The position numbers and the translations under genes are program-made. From contig BCKZ01000001.1 of NCBI GenBank assembly GCA_001600815.1, positions 1 to 64,000 of the forward strand: 64,000 bases of DNA, in the 5' to 3' direction. This document shows positions 1 to 12,482 of the stretch, in pieces. Each line of letters opens with the position of its first letter. The stretch's first letter is position 1. Under the pieces are notes generated by a model. The model was not told the origin of the DNA, did not search any database, and saw nothing but the letters and a program-made list of their open reading frames with translations. This DNA comes from Alloascoidea hylecoeti (taxonomy: Eukaryota).

Positions 1-169
1 AATAATAAACTAATTTTAAAATATATGATTATAATTCTTAGGATGCCAGATTTATTCTCNATATTTTATATATAAATATTTTTAATGGTAAGGTGGAATA
101 ATTTCAATTTCAAGTTTTGGATAGGACTGCATAGTCCGTTGTGATTAAGAGAATTGATGCAGATATTAA

Positions 170-3100
170 ACTATGAATATGCTTCACGGCAGCGGAATAC
201 ATAGTATGTAAATACAGCATGAGGTTCAGTTTCGCATGTTAGTGAGGATGGAGTAAGAACACCACTGAGTATTTTTATGGCTACAACTGGAAATAATTCA
301 AAGGATGATATGATTTTGGATTCAGGAGCCGGTTTTGGGATAATGAATAATAACATATATATTCATGAATTTACTGAAGATTTAGCAGATTTACCAATAA
401 TCACATCCATTTCTGGTGAGATATTGAAGATTCATGGTCATGGTAAGATGAAGTTGTTATTAGGAGAACAATAAGTCTTTATAAGATGTGTTTTGGTTAA
501 GAATAGCCCCAACGTCATCCCTACTAGAGAACTTCATAAGTTAGGTTTCTATATTAGGGAAAACAAGACACAAGATTGNCTTGTTTATGAAGATGAAGTG
601 AAGCCCGTTGCTCGCATTTATCGACGTGATGGTAATCAGTGTCTTCATGATTCTAGANTCATAAAGAATTTAAATATTGAGAAGAAAATCAATTATGTTC
701 ATTCTAAATATGCACATCTAAGAGAATCACTATTACTCAATAAGAATTCAATGTTGTCAGAGAAGGAAAAAGAAGAATTAAGAAAAGAAGAGGATTGTTT
801 AAGTTGTGCCGTTGGTAAAACACAGAGACAGTCAATGGTATCTAAAAATGATAGATATTTAGATGATTTGGAAATTTATGCTGACATAGCTGGTCCTTTT
901 AATGTATCAAAATCTGGTGCTAGGTACTTACTTCTTTTTAAAGATAGGAAAACTAAATGTGTTTTTCCATTCACAATCAGTCACAAGAAAAATATTGAAA
1001 AATATTTTATAATTCTATATGAATTCTTACTAAACCAAACAGGAAAGCTCATTAGGAAATTAATAAGTGACAATGGTAGAGACTTTTCAAATATGGCAGT
1101 TACCGAAGCACTTCAATTGAGAGGTGTCCACCAAATATTTGGATCTGTTGAATCTCCTCAAAGTCAGGGTTCTGTTAGAAGGAGAATCATGTGATTTTGA
1201 ATTTGGTGAGGTCCATTTTACACGATTCTAACCTCGGTGATAGATTTTGGGATCTAGCTGCAAAATATGCAACTGTGACTCGCAACATCATTTTAGGTAA
1301 ATTTAATCAATTGGTAATGAATGGAGTTAGCAACATCAAACATATCCATAAATTTGGTTCACGGATAGTATTTCGTAGACCTCAACAAGAGGTAAAATCA
1401 AAATTACATGTGAGAGGTGAGTTGGGAACTTATGTTGGATTAAAACATTGGGTGGGATAGATAATGGATGACAATGGCAGGTTGTTCCACACTAAACACT
1501 ACCAATTATTTAATGGTAAAAATATTGATAAAGATATTGATAATTCAGATGATGAATTACTACATGAGCATGAAGATATTAATGTTCCAATATTAAACAG
1601 TATGAATGAAATTTATCAGCATGTTGAAACTACGGGAAGTGAGAATTTTGAAGATATTATTGTTCATCAAGATTTATATGGTGATGAAGGTGTATTGCAG
1701 AATACGACAGATAATGAAAACAATATCTTAGAAGGAGTAGAGGATGAAATAATACCTCGAAATTTGAGAATGGACAACAATGAGGTCAGAATTCCATTCA
1801 CTAGTAATAGGAGGACTACGAGAAGCATGAGTAAAGCTGCATTGGGTTGGTGATTGCTACAGAGCAGAAATCAAATGCAATATTTGATAAGTATAAGTTT
1901 GCTATGTTGGATGAATTACAAGCGATTGAGGATTAAAATGTTTGGGAACCAATGGGTATTAAAAAGGTACCTGCAAATATAAACATATTACCAACACAAT
2001 GGATATTGACGGAGAAGATTTCTGGGGAACATAAGGTGGCAAAGGCACGTTGCGTGGTGAGAGGTGACAAAGAAATCACCGACATAAATCATCAATACAC
2101 ATCTTCAACATTATCTATTCAAGTACTGTTATTATTGATAAATTAAGGACTCCAAAGGAAGTTAAAAATGGTGACTTTCGATTTCCGTAATGCACACTTG
2201 AATGCATATTTACGTGAAGATGATAGAGATGTTTATGTGAGTTTTCCTCCATTTTATTTTAGATTAAGAGATGAAGAAAGAGGCGGCAAAGTTTTAAAGT
2301 TAAATAAAGCTTTGTATGGATTGAAACGTTCAGCATCATTATGGCAAAAACACATTAAAGACCACTTGTGGTTGGAAAGGGTTTTAAAGAATGTGACAAT
2401 GTCTATAAATTAGACAATATCTTTATAGCATTATATGTTGACGACGGTTTATTGTTATATAATTCTTCGGATGAATTGTTGAGGGTGAAGGAAATATTGA
2501 ATGAATTCAAAATTAAATGGGAAGAAGACTTGAAGAAGTTGCTAGGTTTTGAGATTACTTTGGATAAAGATAAGAAGACAATTTCATTGACAAAAGAAAA
2601 AACTGTATTGGACATGGCAGCAATGATTGGTATTAATGAGGAAGGCACTAAAGTTGAAACAGTCAAATTACCCCATATTCCACATCATTATATTGAAGTG
2701 AATGAAAAAGGAATAGTTGACGAATATTCATATCGATCAGCCATTGGTAAGTTGATTTACCTTGAAAATATGTTAAGAGTTGATTGCTGTTACGCAATAA
2801 ATTATCTAGGGAGATTCACCCATCTAGAATCTAAAGAGAGTTAGAGATTGATACACCAAGTTACTCGTTATTTATTATCTACCAAGAAGGAAGGTATCGT
2901 ATTATCTTATAATAAAGATAACATTGAAGATAAAGTAACAGGTTTACTTTATTTACTTTATCTTCAATGTTTTTGTAGATTCGGACAAATCGGGAGATTC
3001 CAGTCGCAAAAGCACTTCTAGTGGGCGTCCCGCAGACAATTCGCTATAACAAAGTCTGCATCTGAATCAGAGTTACTAGCATTAGACTACGCTTGTGAAA

Positions 3101-3577
3101 TGATTGATAAATTAATGAATTTATTGAAGTTTATCTATGTTGAAGATATAAAAATTGATTATATGGAAGACAATTCAATTCTACGGTAATTAAATGGGCA
3201 ACTAACCCAGTGTCTAAAGGAAGAAATTATCACATTGATATAAGAATAAAATATATTCGTAACAGGTTGTTTTTGAATCAACACTTTGAATCTATCAAGA
3301 AAGTACCAACTGAAGATAACTATTCAGATATTCTTACGAAACCAGTAAGTGGCAACACATTTAATAAACTAAAAAGTTATCTTATAAAATAGATATGAAT
3401 AAGGTAAAGAAGGAGTGTTGGGTATTAAGTTTTGTTGGATTCTATATTAAGCAAGGATCAATATTTAGTTTTTTTTTTTTTGTTACTATATAGTTAGCCA
3501 TTTCCACTTGACATATATATATATATAATAAAATAAACAGATAATAACTAAGTTTCAAAGATGTCAGATATCTAACA
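170..3577 (+). mobile_element. Degenerate Ty1/copia LTR retrotransposon (protease-integrase-RT-RNase H, PPT, 3' LTR); gag largely missing
   Basis: Copia domain order: protease MILDSGA (~310), Zn-binding CLSCAVGK, integrase ADIAGPF / SDNGRDF / PQSQG, RT KARCVVRGD, LNKALYGLKRS and YVDD (2434-2445), RNase H VFVDSD..SRKSTS and HIDIRIKYIR..VPTEDNYSDILTKP. Broken by many stops and frameshifts (474, ~1190, 1460, 1853, 2146, ~2370, 2844). Confidence 0.95.
3416..3577 (+). repeat. Probable 3' LTR (~162 bp) preceded by a polypurine tract at 3401-3415
   Basis: AAGGTAAAGAAGGAG is followed directly by TGTTGGGTAT. The candidate end ATATCTAACA is an 8/10 inverted match to the start. The right boundary is uncertain. 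Confidence 0.6.
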
Positions 3578-3676
3578 TATATATGTCCGTTCTATCAAAA
3601 CAAGTAGAAATGGCTAATTTGAACATCAACTACAGTTTAATTTACAATACCGTTTGAAAAGAAAAAAAGTTTAGTT

Positions 3677-4005
3677 AAAAGTGTTTACATTCATAATGGA
3701 GTTATGTATAGTTAAGGACATATTTTTTAACAACCTGGGATATTGAAACTGGTCGATTAATCGAAGGATTTAGATATGATGAAGTATTTTGCGTGAAAGT
3801 AGTAAATCAATACTTAGTTGTTGGTGAATATATATACGACAAAGTAACACTACGGGATTTGCAATTAAATAAATTATTAAGTATCTTGTCAGATAGAAAA
3901 GTACACAGCTTATGTATAAATAATAATAGAATTGGTTCCATTAATTATGGTGGTATTATTAGGATTTGGAATTTAAATGAAAAATTATTAAAAGAAGTCT
4001 TATAC
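3677..4005 (+). pseudogene. WD40-repeat gene relic
   Basis: Reads KSVYIHNGVMYS* / TTWDIETGRLIEGF..VFCVKVVNQYLVVG..VTLRDL..VHSLCINNNRIGSINYGGIIRIWNL: about three WD-like blades with a stop and a frameshift, no start codon. Confidence 0.55.
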
Positions 4006-5184
4006 ACAGTATATTACACATATGCAATGGTATCGTGTCCCTTGGTATTCCTTCAGTTCCCAAACTGGATTACTGGTTATTACCACTCCTACGAGACAAT
4101 AAGTCCTGGCAATGTTTCTCTAACTATAAGGTATAAGCTGTCACACACTTCTATCTCTCTATGTGCCGGTAATCCCGCAACCACAAACCAGCCAACAATC
4201 ACCGAAAACTATAATATAAAGACGACTACAAATAATATCAATGTGTAATTATGGTGATATATGACTAAATAGACAGAATAGAAATTCGTTGCTTAATGAA
4301 ATAAATTTAATAATATCAGCCCTCTCTAACTAAGTAAATGTAACATATAATATTACGGAGCATTATTATACCGTAGACGGCATAGTACCCAGATGTGTAA
4401 GCATACTCGAGTACCACATTGTCATGTTGCAACCATGAAATCACCAATCAACATGAATTATTATAAATGCTATCACTACAATCAACTTAGTCCCACTATT
4501 TTGTGTGTGTATCTTTCCTTTCAATTTGTATCGGAATGGTATTAGAATCTTCATTTTTCCTGCTCATAATAGAAATCGGGAAAATCAAGTTTTTGATGTT
4601 TCGTGCTACACTGAAAGAAATTTGGAAGAGATACCCATCATTCACCAACCTCAAAAAAGGGGTTTCATTACAATATATCAGGAGGAAAAATCAAGAGCTA
4701 TAAGCCCTGCAAATATTCATTCTGACTTTTTAATTGGTAAAATATAGTCTTTTGACTCTCAGAAGATTTTAGGTAAGTTTGAAAAAGTTTAGAGGAAGAT
4801 GTAAGAAAACAAAGAGAGTAAAATTTCATTTTATATTAGATACCCGAACGATTTAAATCCACCGAGTCTGCTAAATAATTACCTGCACCTTAGATGTTGG
4901 AAAGTCATTAGAATTTGTATCCCTAACTTTTGCTATTGTGTTCAGTTTTCCTATTCCAATATACAATTAAGGGAATGATAAATCAATATGAAAATAAGTC
5001 AGTATTTAATAACTTTTTTTAATTGGTCAAGTGATAATCGTTTATCAGCTTAGGGTGGGATAGTGATTTCCGAAGTCAATTTCGTGAAATTTAAAATATT
5101 AAGATAGTTTTAATAAAATGTGTGTTAATGTGTGTTAATAAGGTTTTATTCAGTTATAAAGATGAAAATATACAGTATATTTAT

Positions 5185-6867
5185 TTAATTTATATGAGCT
5201 GTGAAACTAGTTAATCCAAACATAAAATTATCATCCTGTCGGAATTGATGTCCGGGATATATTCTCTGACTTTCCTTTGTGTTTATTGTATTGAATGAAA
5301 TTATATCTGTTGGCTGAGCACAACCAACCGCCATGTTATAACTTACTTGATCAATGATATTACTATGTCCAGGAGGACGCTTAAGAACATCTCGACTAGT
5401 TATAAGAAAGACCTTTTCTCCATCAAATGCCCAAAGTAACTCTTCACCTAGTTTATTAGAAGTCAAGGTATCTAATTCGCAAATACTACATTCTTGTGAG
5501 TCTCCATCCATAATTATTGCAAAATTATTAAAATAATGAAACATAATATATCGATCGTTCGAGGAGAGACCAATATAATTATTACCCTTTCCAATTGTAT
5601 CTGCTAATGTACCGGGTCTTAGAGTAACAGATGATCCACTTGTTAAATCATCACAATTATCACGTAATAATTTATATAAGCAATCATCAATTTCATCTTT
5701 ATCAAAGTATGATGAAGAATTTTTTTCATAATCTTTTTTCCAAAATGGGAAATGTTGTTCATGATAATGATAATTTTCAACTTCTTTTTTGTACCTAAAA
5801 AACTTAATATTATCCCTCATATGTAATAATTCTTCATATTTATTTTGAATACAAATTATTTGAGGAGAAACACAAAATATATGATGATTTGATACGAAAA
5901 GAGACATATCAGGTCTTAAAGTTAAATCATTTGGAGTTCTAAAATATCCAATTTCTGAACCATCAAATTTTGATAAAACTGAACACCATTGAACACCTCT
6001 ATGTCTCCCTTGACATAGCAAAAAAATAGAGAATTCATCAAATGAAATATCAGCAATTTCAATAACATTTTTAAAAACGTTTAATAATTGAACTTCCCAA
6101 ATTTTAAAAACTTTATCAGTTTTAATATCATATGTATAGCATGAAAGAGATGATGATGTTGAATAAAAGAAATGATTCTTTTTAAAAGAATCAATTTTTA
6201 TATCTTCCTTTATATGATCAAATTTATATTTAGAGCATTCAAGAAATTTCCAATTAATTGATTCTGAATTTTTTTTAATACAATGAATTTTATTTTTATT
6301 AATTTTAAAATCTTTGGAACTAATATTAAACATTGATAATTCATTTGTTCTAAATGATAAATCTTCATTTTTTGTTTTAAAGAATTGTTTTTCAATATTT
6401 TTCCTATTTTCAAACTGAATTGAATTATTTAAACCTTGATTAAAATCATCCCTTATTTTTAAATTATAACTTGTAAATATTGTATCTTGCCATTGTTTAG
6501 AAATCATTGAAATTGTATCTCCTTTATCATTTATATCAATAACATGACTATTTGTACTTGAAGCAAATACTAATTTATATTTAAATGGTGATTGAGCTGC
6601 GACTGATTCAATATTTGCCTTTATCCCTTTGCATTTCTTAATAGTCCATACATTACCACACTTTCCCTTGCTATCATTTAATAATTTAATAATATCATTA
6701 TATTGTTCGATATAATTAAGATATTTATTCCAATTTCCAATATGATTTATGATTTCTTTGAAATGTTTACAGGTCTGTGAAAGACCAACTATTGACCCAA
6801 GAGAACAATGATCAAGTATAATTGTGAATACTTCAGTAGGAAGTTCTGATAAATATGCAATTGACAT
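5185..6867 (-). CDS. F-box protein, 560 aa; C-terminal region unassigned
   Basis: N-terminal F-box motif LSELPTEVFTIILDHCSLGSIVGLSQTCKHFKEII; long intact ORF. Confidence 0.8.
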   Translation of the reverse strand: MSIAYLSELPTEVFTIILDHCSLGSIVGLSQTCKHFKEIINHIGNWNKYLNYIEQYNDIIKLLNDSKGKCGNVWTIKKCKGIKANIESVAAQSPFKYKLVFASSTNSHVIDINDKGDTISMISKQWQDTIFTSYNLKIRDDFNQGLNNSIQFENRKNIEKQFFKTKNEDLSFRTNELSMFNISSKDFKINKNKIHCIKKNSESINWKFLECSKYKFDHIKEDIKIDSFKKNHFFYSTSSSLSCYTYDIKTDKVFKIWEVQLLNVFKNVIEIADISFDEFSIFLLCQGRHRGVQWCSVLSKFDGSEIGYFRTPNDLTLRPDMSLFVSNHHIFCVSPQIICIQNKYEELLHMRDNIKFFRYKKEVENYHYHEQHFPFWKKDYEKNSSSYFDKDEIDDCLYKLLRDNCDDLTSGSSVTLRPGTLADTIGKGNNYIGLSSNDRYIMFHYFNNFAIIMDGDSQECSICELDTLTSNKLGEELLWAFDGEKVFLITSRDVLKRPPGHSNIIDQVSYNMAVGCAQPTDIISFNTINTKESQRIYPGHQFRQDDNFMFGLTSFTAHIN

Positions 6868-7025
6868 TTAAAATCTCTATAAACGATATGTTAATATTGC
6901 TATATAATATATAAAAGAAATTTAAGCAAACAAACAGTAGCAATTATAGGTTGAATTGAATTACAGTAATTGATTAACCATCTTAACTAAATATTCAGCC
7001 ATATTAACTGAGATAAATCATCAGC

Positions 7026-7033
7026 CACGTGAC
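7026..7033. promoter_or_regulatory. Cbf1-type bHLH site (GTCACGTG) upstream of the F-box gene; another copy at 48174-48181 upstream of the Zn2Cys6 gene
   Basis: CACGTGAC exact match in AT-rich promoter DNA; function inferred. Confidence 0.4.
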
Positions 7034-7463
7034 ACGCAAAATTTTGGAGTAGTCGTTGAAAAAAATTAGATCAAAAAGTAGCTAAAGATTGAGTTAATAG
7101 TAGTCCAAATTAAGTGGAATGAACTATCCATAAATTCTAAAATTAGTGAAGGTTAAGAGTAATGTCAATTGCAAATATATATATCTATTTATAGATTTAT
7201 AGTTATTATTTATTGTTAAACTAGTTAAGTGTATCTTCATGCAAATGTTATAGTTCTCTTTTTATTCGAATTTTCAAGAAACTAATTATATCTTAATTTA
7301 TTTTGTTATTACATTCTCATCATAACACAAAAAGTAAATTTATAAAAGAAAAAAAATTAAATGGAAAAAAATATATGTTCAATATAATGATAGTCAAAAA
7401 ATTGGAATATTTCTCAAAATTAAAAAGAAAAAAATAATAATATTTCAAATTTCAAATTTAAAT

Positions 7464-9458
7464 TCAAATGATTGATCTGTATCTATACCATCTCCAAATA
7501 CGTGCTTTACAATCCCCACTACCTGTTGCAAATAATCCACCACCTAGTTCCCCAGTTCCTGCAACACTAACACTAATAACACTATTACGATGACCTTGTA
7601 ACATTAATAATGGATCCCCAGTGTTCTTTTCCCAAAATATAACACCACGATCTTTTGAACCAGATAATATATATTCATCATCGGGTGTTGCACAAACAGA
7701 TAAAACAAAATCTTTATGACCAACATAAGAAACTTTACAACGACTTGGTGTATTATTTCCTTGTGATAAAGACCATAATTTAACAGTTTTATCCAAACTT
7801 CCTGATGCAATTTCACTACCATTTGCAGTGAAAGAAACACTATAAACACTATCTTTATGTCCATCACCTGATTCTCCATCACTTTCTAATCTTCCAACAA
7901 GGAATCCATTTGAAGAATCCCAAACTCGAACAATTTTATCCAATGAACCAGCTGCAATTAATTCACCATTAGGGCTAACAGCAACAGTTGTAACACCATC
8001 TTCTATACTAAGTGTTAAACTACATTGACCCGTTTCCAAATCCCAAATACGTACTGTTTTATCACCAGAACCAGAAACAATACGATTACCATCCGGGAAA
8101 AAATCCAATGAATAAATATCTTGTTCATGACCTCTTAAATATCTTGTTACACGACGAGTTGCTAAATCCCAAATTCGAATTAATTTATCTTCTGCACCAG
8201 TTGCTAATAATTTACCATTTGGTGAAAAACAAACAGATCTAATGTATAAATCCCCAGTTGATGAAACTCCATTTTCATTGTTATTTCCCGGACCTGCAGT
8301 ATCATCTGATAATCTTGCAACTAATTCTCCTGTTGCAACATCAAAAACTTGTGTTGTTTTATTACATCCTGTAGCTAATAATCTACCATCTTTACTAAAA
8401 CGAACACAACAAACAACTGAACTATGATCCAATGAATGGACTAAATCAACATCAATTTTTTTAGGTAATTCGGGGTTGAAAATGACGTAGTAGTCCTCGG
8501 CTTGCTTTTTCATATTAGGAGGAATAGAATTGGCATCCAAGTCGGTTAGAAATGGTGGAATACGTCCTTTGTTGAGGTTTCTTGCAGAAATAACGACGCC
8601 ATTACCATTACCATTACCATTAACTGATTTTATCACCTGTTGCTGTTGCTGTTGTTGAACTTGTTGCTGCTGCTGCTGTTGTTGTTGAGCTTGTTGAGCT
8701 TGTTGAGCTTGTTGTTGTTGAATTTGTTGCTGCTGTTGAACTTGTTGTTGGACTTGCTGCTGCTGCTGTTGCTGGATTTGTTGTTGCTGCTGCTGTTGTT
8801 GCAATTGTTGTTGTTGGACCTGCTGCTGCAATTGAGGAGGTTTCACCACTAGAGCAGAACCTTGTAAACTTTGTGGTTGAAGAGAAGAGCCCTGTGCTTG
8901 AGAAACCGGAGGTTGTTGGTTATAATACCCTTGTGGTGCAAGTTGATTTATTGAGGGTGGTTGCTCTTGTTTCGGAGTTTGAGATGGGCCCTGAGTCTGG
9001 GGGTGAGGTGGCAAGACAGGACCACCAGGCCCATTATTTCCAGACATGATATTTCCTAAAACATTTGAAGAAGTTTGAAAAGCAGGAGGAGTATTTCTAT
9101 CCGAAACTTGTGGAACCTGCGGGACTTGAGTTTGTTGTTGTTGTTGATGAGGTTGTTGTTGTTGCTGTTGTTGAGCCGCAGCAGCTCTATCACGAGCTTC
9201 AATTTCTTGTTTTAAGTTTCTAATTTCTTCTTCATAACGATCTTTAATTTTACGATGTGCAATTTCTAATTCATAAACGGTTTGTCTAATTTGTTGCATT
9301 TCAGCAGTTTGTTGAGAGAATTTATGATCAAAATCATTTTTGTGCATACGATAAACAGATGCTTCATTAGTAACAGTATCAAATTCCTGTTTTATTGCAT
9401 CCAGTAATTCCCCCAAACGATGGTTGGGATGGATGACAGCTCGTTGCTGATAAGACAT
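7464..9458 (-). CDS. TUP1: General transcriptional corepressor Tup1 (664 aa)
   Basis: Tup_N helix [13 protein letters not shown], poly-Q linker, WD40 repeats ([49 protein letters not shown]). ATG placed at 9458 rather than the upstream start in the ORF track. Confidence 0.97.
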   Translation of the reverse strand: MSYQQRAVIHPNHRLGELLDAIKQEFDTVTNEASVYRMHKNDFDHKFSQQTAEMQQIRQTVYELEIAHRKIKDRYEEEIRNLKQEIEARDRAAAAQQQQQQQPHQQQQQTQVPQVPQVSDRNTPPAFQTSSNVLGNIMSGNNGPGGPVLPPHPQTQGPSQTPKQEQPPSINQLAPQGYYNQQPPVSQAQGSSLQPQSLQGSALVVKPPQLQQQVQQQQLQQQQQQQQIQQQQQQQVQQQVQQQQQIQQQQAQQAQQAQQQQQQQQQVQQQQQQQVIKSVNGNGNGNGVVISARNLNKGRIPPFLTDLDANSIPPNMKKQAEDYYVIFNPELPKKIDVDLVHSLDHSSVVCCVRFSKDGRLLATGCNKTTQVFDVATGELVARLSDDTAGPGNNNENGVSSTGDLYIRSVCFSPNGKLLATGAEDKLIRIWDLATRRVTRYLRGHEQDIYSLDFFPDGNRIVSGSGDKTVRIWDLETGQCSLTLSIEDGVTTVAVSPNGELIAAGSLDKIVRVWDSSNGFLVGRLESDGESGDGHKDSVYSVSFTANGSEIASGSLDKTVKLWSLSQGNNTPSRCKVSYVGHKDFVLSVCATPDDEYILSGSKDRGVIFWEKNTGDPLLMLQGHRNSVISVSVAGTGELGGGLFATGSGDCKARIWRWYRYRSII
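8640..8832 (-). repeat. CAA/CAG poly-glutamine tract within TUP1
   Basis: Runs of TGC/TGT triplets on the + strand encoding [11 protein letters not shown]. Confidence 0.9.
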
Positions 9459-9604
9459 TTGAAGTGGAGAGAGATTTCGTGATAAGGGGGTGTTGAATCT
9501 GTTGGTGGTGGGAACCCGAAAATGTATGGATGTATGGGTGTGTTGGCCTGTCAATTTGTCAAACAATAATATAAGATTTATTGACAAGTAATTTATTGGA
9601 GGAA

Positions 9605-10814
9605 ATGGCACAGACGAGAACTAGAGCAAAACATCCAATGAGGTCGACTCGTAGTACTCGATCTCATCCAGACCAAAAACCTGCTGAAACACCGGAAAAG
9701 GTTCCAGCAAGAAAAACTAGAGGTCGACCTCGGACTTCTAAGACTACTAAGGAAATTATAGAAACAGAACCAGAACAAGATGGAAATGCTTCAGATACAA
9801 ACATGGAAGCTTTTGAAGATGCTGTAGAAAGACATAGTGATGAAGAAGAAGAAGAAGAACCAGTTTCAAATAATCCTATTAAAGAAAATGAAGGAAAAAA
9901 TATCATCTCAAGTTTAAATTTAAATTCAAATTCAAATTCAAATTCATTTGGTAATTTATTAAATATAAATAACGAAACATTAAATGGATTATTAGTAAGT
10001 CTTACAGAGACAACTCCAGATTTATTACTTTCAAAATATAGAGAAACAATGGAAGATAAATTAAAAAAAGCAGAAGATTTAATTAATTGTTTATCAAGTA
10101 AAATTTTATCATTAGAAGAAGATAAAAATAATTTATCAATGAAAAATAAACGATTACAACAAAATTTAAAAACTCAATCACAAATTCCAAATCAAAATCA
10201 AAATCAATTACAATCAAATAACTCAGTTGAATTAAATGAAGAAAATATAAAACTAAGAAATAAAATTGCAAATTTAGAAATAAAATTAGAAAAAACAATA
10301 AATGAAATTAAAATTGAAAATGAATTAGAATTACAAAAAAATCAAGTTTATGATTTAAAAGATGAATTTTTTTTAATTTTATGTGGTTTAAAAATTAATG
10401 ATACAAGTGTTACTGATGCTCATATAATTTATGATTGTTCTCATTATGATTCTGATAATGGTAAGTTTTTTAAAAGTTAATTTGTACACTAAGGATAAGG
10501 ATAATACTAATGGAATATTTGTTATAGACTTAGAATTTAAGTATAGATTATACATTACAAGAAATGTTGAAAATGAAGAAGGTAATGAAATTATTTATGT
10601 ACCAGACGTTGAAGAAGATCAAGAAGATTATTGGAGGGAGATACTGCCTGAATATTTATTAGATTCTTTAACTTTTCCTGTTAGTACTGTAAGTATATTT
10701 TTTGATTATTTTAAAAGAGGTATGTTATGGATACAAAACTAACTTTTTATTTCATAGTCTCGACAATTTTATAATAAAATTACAAAAGAATTACAAAAAA
10801 ATTCCAAAAGATGA
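9605..10814 (+). CDS. CSM1: Monopolin subunit Csm1/Pcs1; exons 9605-10460, 10528-10688, 10758-10814
   Basis: Coiled coil then Csm1 C-terminal domain (..[42 protein letters not shown]). Two GTAAGT..AG introns restore the frame. Lies between TUP1 and a LYAR gene, as in S. cerevisiae. Confidence 0.85.
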
Positions 10815-10912
10815 GAAATATGAATATTCATTGCATTATTAACTATCACAAATATCTCTATATATTCATATAATATTCCAAATATAAAACTTTATATTTC
10901 ACATTTATGTAT

Positions 10913-11484
10913 TTATAAACTAATTTTAATTGATCCATCATCAGATTTAATTAGTTTAAATTTTTTTAATAAATCCTTTATTTCAATTTTATCATCTTTT
11001 TGAATTTTTTTTAATACTTTATATAAATTAGTTTCATTTTTAACATATTTTGAAAAATCTTTTGATTTCTCGTCTTCTGCTTTTGATTTTTTATCTTTCT
11101 TTGTTTTCACTTCTTTTGGTTTTGATATCACTACTTCAGTTTTGGTTTCTTCAGTTACTTTTTTCTCTTCAACATTTTGTTTCTGTGGTTGTTGATTTTG
11201 TTTATTTTGTTGTTGACTATTTCCTTTTTTCCCTTTATATAAAGCCCCTTGATACTTTTCAGCTTCTGAAATACATTGTGTATGCTGTTTAAAGCTTCTA
11301 TCATAAAAACTTGTACCACAATCGATACAAGTCAAACAGAAATTTCTACACCTATTTGGATGAACATCGGATTTTTTCTTTGGAACGGTATCACCACAGG
11401 TCTTTTATAATTAAGGTTAGTAAGAAAAGAAGAAACAGAAAATGAAAAGGGTGATGGGCTTACATCACAGGAAAAAGTAACCAT
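10913..11484 (-). CDS. LYAR-type C2HC zinc-finger nucleolar protein (YCR087C-A-like); intron 11402-11463
   Basis: Spliced N-terminus MVTFSCD|TCGDTVPKKKSDVHPNRC..TCIDCGTSF..HTQCISEAEKYQGALY; GTAAGC donor, TACTAAC branch, AAG acceptor. Confidence 0.9.
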
Positions 11485-11612
11485 TGTTATCAATTTTTGT
11501 AGTTGTGGTGGAATAATAAGTTTAAGGGTTTAAATTTTTAAGCACCTATGAGAAAAAATTCAGTGAAAACTTAAAAAATATTTTATGTATGGCTAGTTTT
11601 TATTTACTGATC

Positions 11613-11622
11613 GCGATGAGCT
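11613..11622. promoter_or_regulatory. PAC element (ribosome-biogenesis regulon) upstream of the LYAR gene
   Basis: GCGATGAGCT about 130 bp upstream of the ATG; RRPE-like GAAAAAATTCA at ~11552. Confidence 0.65.
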
Positions 11623-11776
11623 GCACTTTGATAATCAATGATAATCTTAGAGTTATAAATCAATTAAAATCAATATATAAAGAATCATAAACAATATATA
11701 AAGAATCATAAATATTAATAAATAATGGTAATACCATCAATGCTATATACAATAGGAAACAAACAACAACATAAAT

Positions 11777-12278
11777 CTATTTAGGAACATCCCAAACGTT
11801 TTCACTTTCTCCTGGTAATCTTGGTACTCTGACTTGTTCCCAATCATCTAAATCACCCATTTGTTGAAGACGCTATATATAATTAGAATTAGAATCCATT
11901 CAATTTCAACTTCATTGTTTAATTAATGAACTTACATAGTATTCTTCTCTCATGTTAACTTTTCTCCTATTTTTTTGTACCCTCTTCATATTTTCCTCCT
12001 CAGTAATCTACAAACAAAACATATCAGATATGAAAACAATTGTATAATAAATATATGTAATTTTTACTTACTTCAGTAACTTTTTGATCACGTTGTTCAT
12101 ATCTTACAGATGTGAAATTCGCAAGCATAAAAGAACCAGCAGTAATTGTTAATATAAAAGGTAAACCATATAATAGAAATGGATGTTTTCTGACACCTTT
12201 TAAGTAACGGCCATAGAAGGATTTTTCATATTGAATTTGTTCAGCTCTTGTTCTGAATGTTTTCTTAGGTAATTTCAT
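11777..12278 (-). CDS. COX16: Cytochrome c oxidase assembly factor Cox16; introns 12008-12071 and 11873-11935
   Basis: KHPFLLYGLPFILTITAGSFMLANFTSVRYE..|..RRKVNMREEYY|RLQQMGDLDDWEQVRVPRLPGE; both GTAAGT..TAG introns keep the frame. Confidence 0.92.
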
Positions 12279-12395
12279 TTTTCCTTTTTCTCTTGACCAC
12301 CAATTGAAAGATGTTTCGGAATTCTGGAGTAGGGGTGTGTGGATGTTGTTATTTTGCTTAACAACGAAATAGATTTGATTGGATGTGCTTTTTGA

Positions 12396-12402
12396 TGAGT
12401 CA
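12396..12402. promoter_or_regulatory. Gcn4 site in the ILV3 promoter
   Basis: ATGAGTCA about 85 bp upstream of the ILV3 ATG; ILV genes are known Gcn4 targets in yeasts. Confidence 0.6.
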
Positions 12403-12482
12403 GACGCAGACATCTTCATTTTAATTTGATTTTTGATTTTTACTGTCATCTCTTCAATTCCAAGTTTTCATCTTCAACAAAT

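Noticed and set aside
1..61. Possible 5' LTR end of the copia element (GGATGCCAGAT resembles AGATGTCAGAT in the 3' LTR)
   Set aside because: Similarity is short and AT-rich, no PBS follows, and there is too little room for gag.
493..3392. Programmed frameshifting or readthrough to explain the split copia ORFs
   Set aside because: Too many independent stops and shifts across all domains; this is decay, with some low-quality bases (N) as well.
4006..4424. GC-richer LTR-like patch after the WD40 relic
   Set aside because: No clean TG..CA termini or TSD and no second copy in the window.
8640..8852. Poly-Leu ORF and the many other 60-120 aa antisense or alternate-frame ORFs over real genes
   Set aside because: Shadows of the coding strand in AT-rich DNA (here the reverse complement of poly-Q).
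9459..9611. 51-aa N-terminal extension of TUP1 in the ORF track; likewise the extensions on COX16 (to 12449) and CLC1 (to 25290)
   Set aside because: They come from upstream in-frame starts overlapping the divergent neighbour or its promoter; family homology begins at the downstream ATG.
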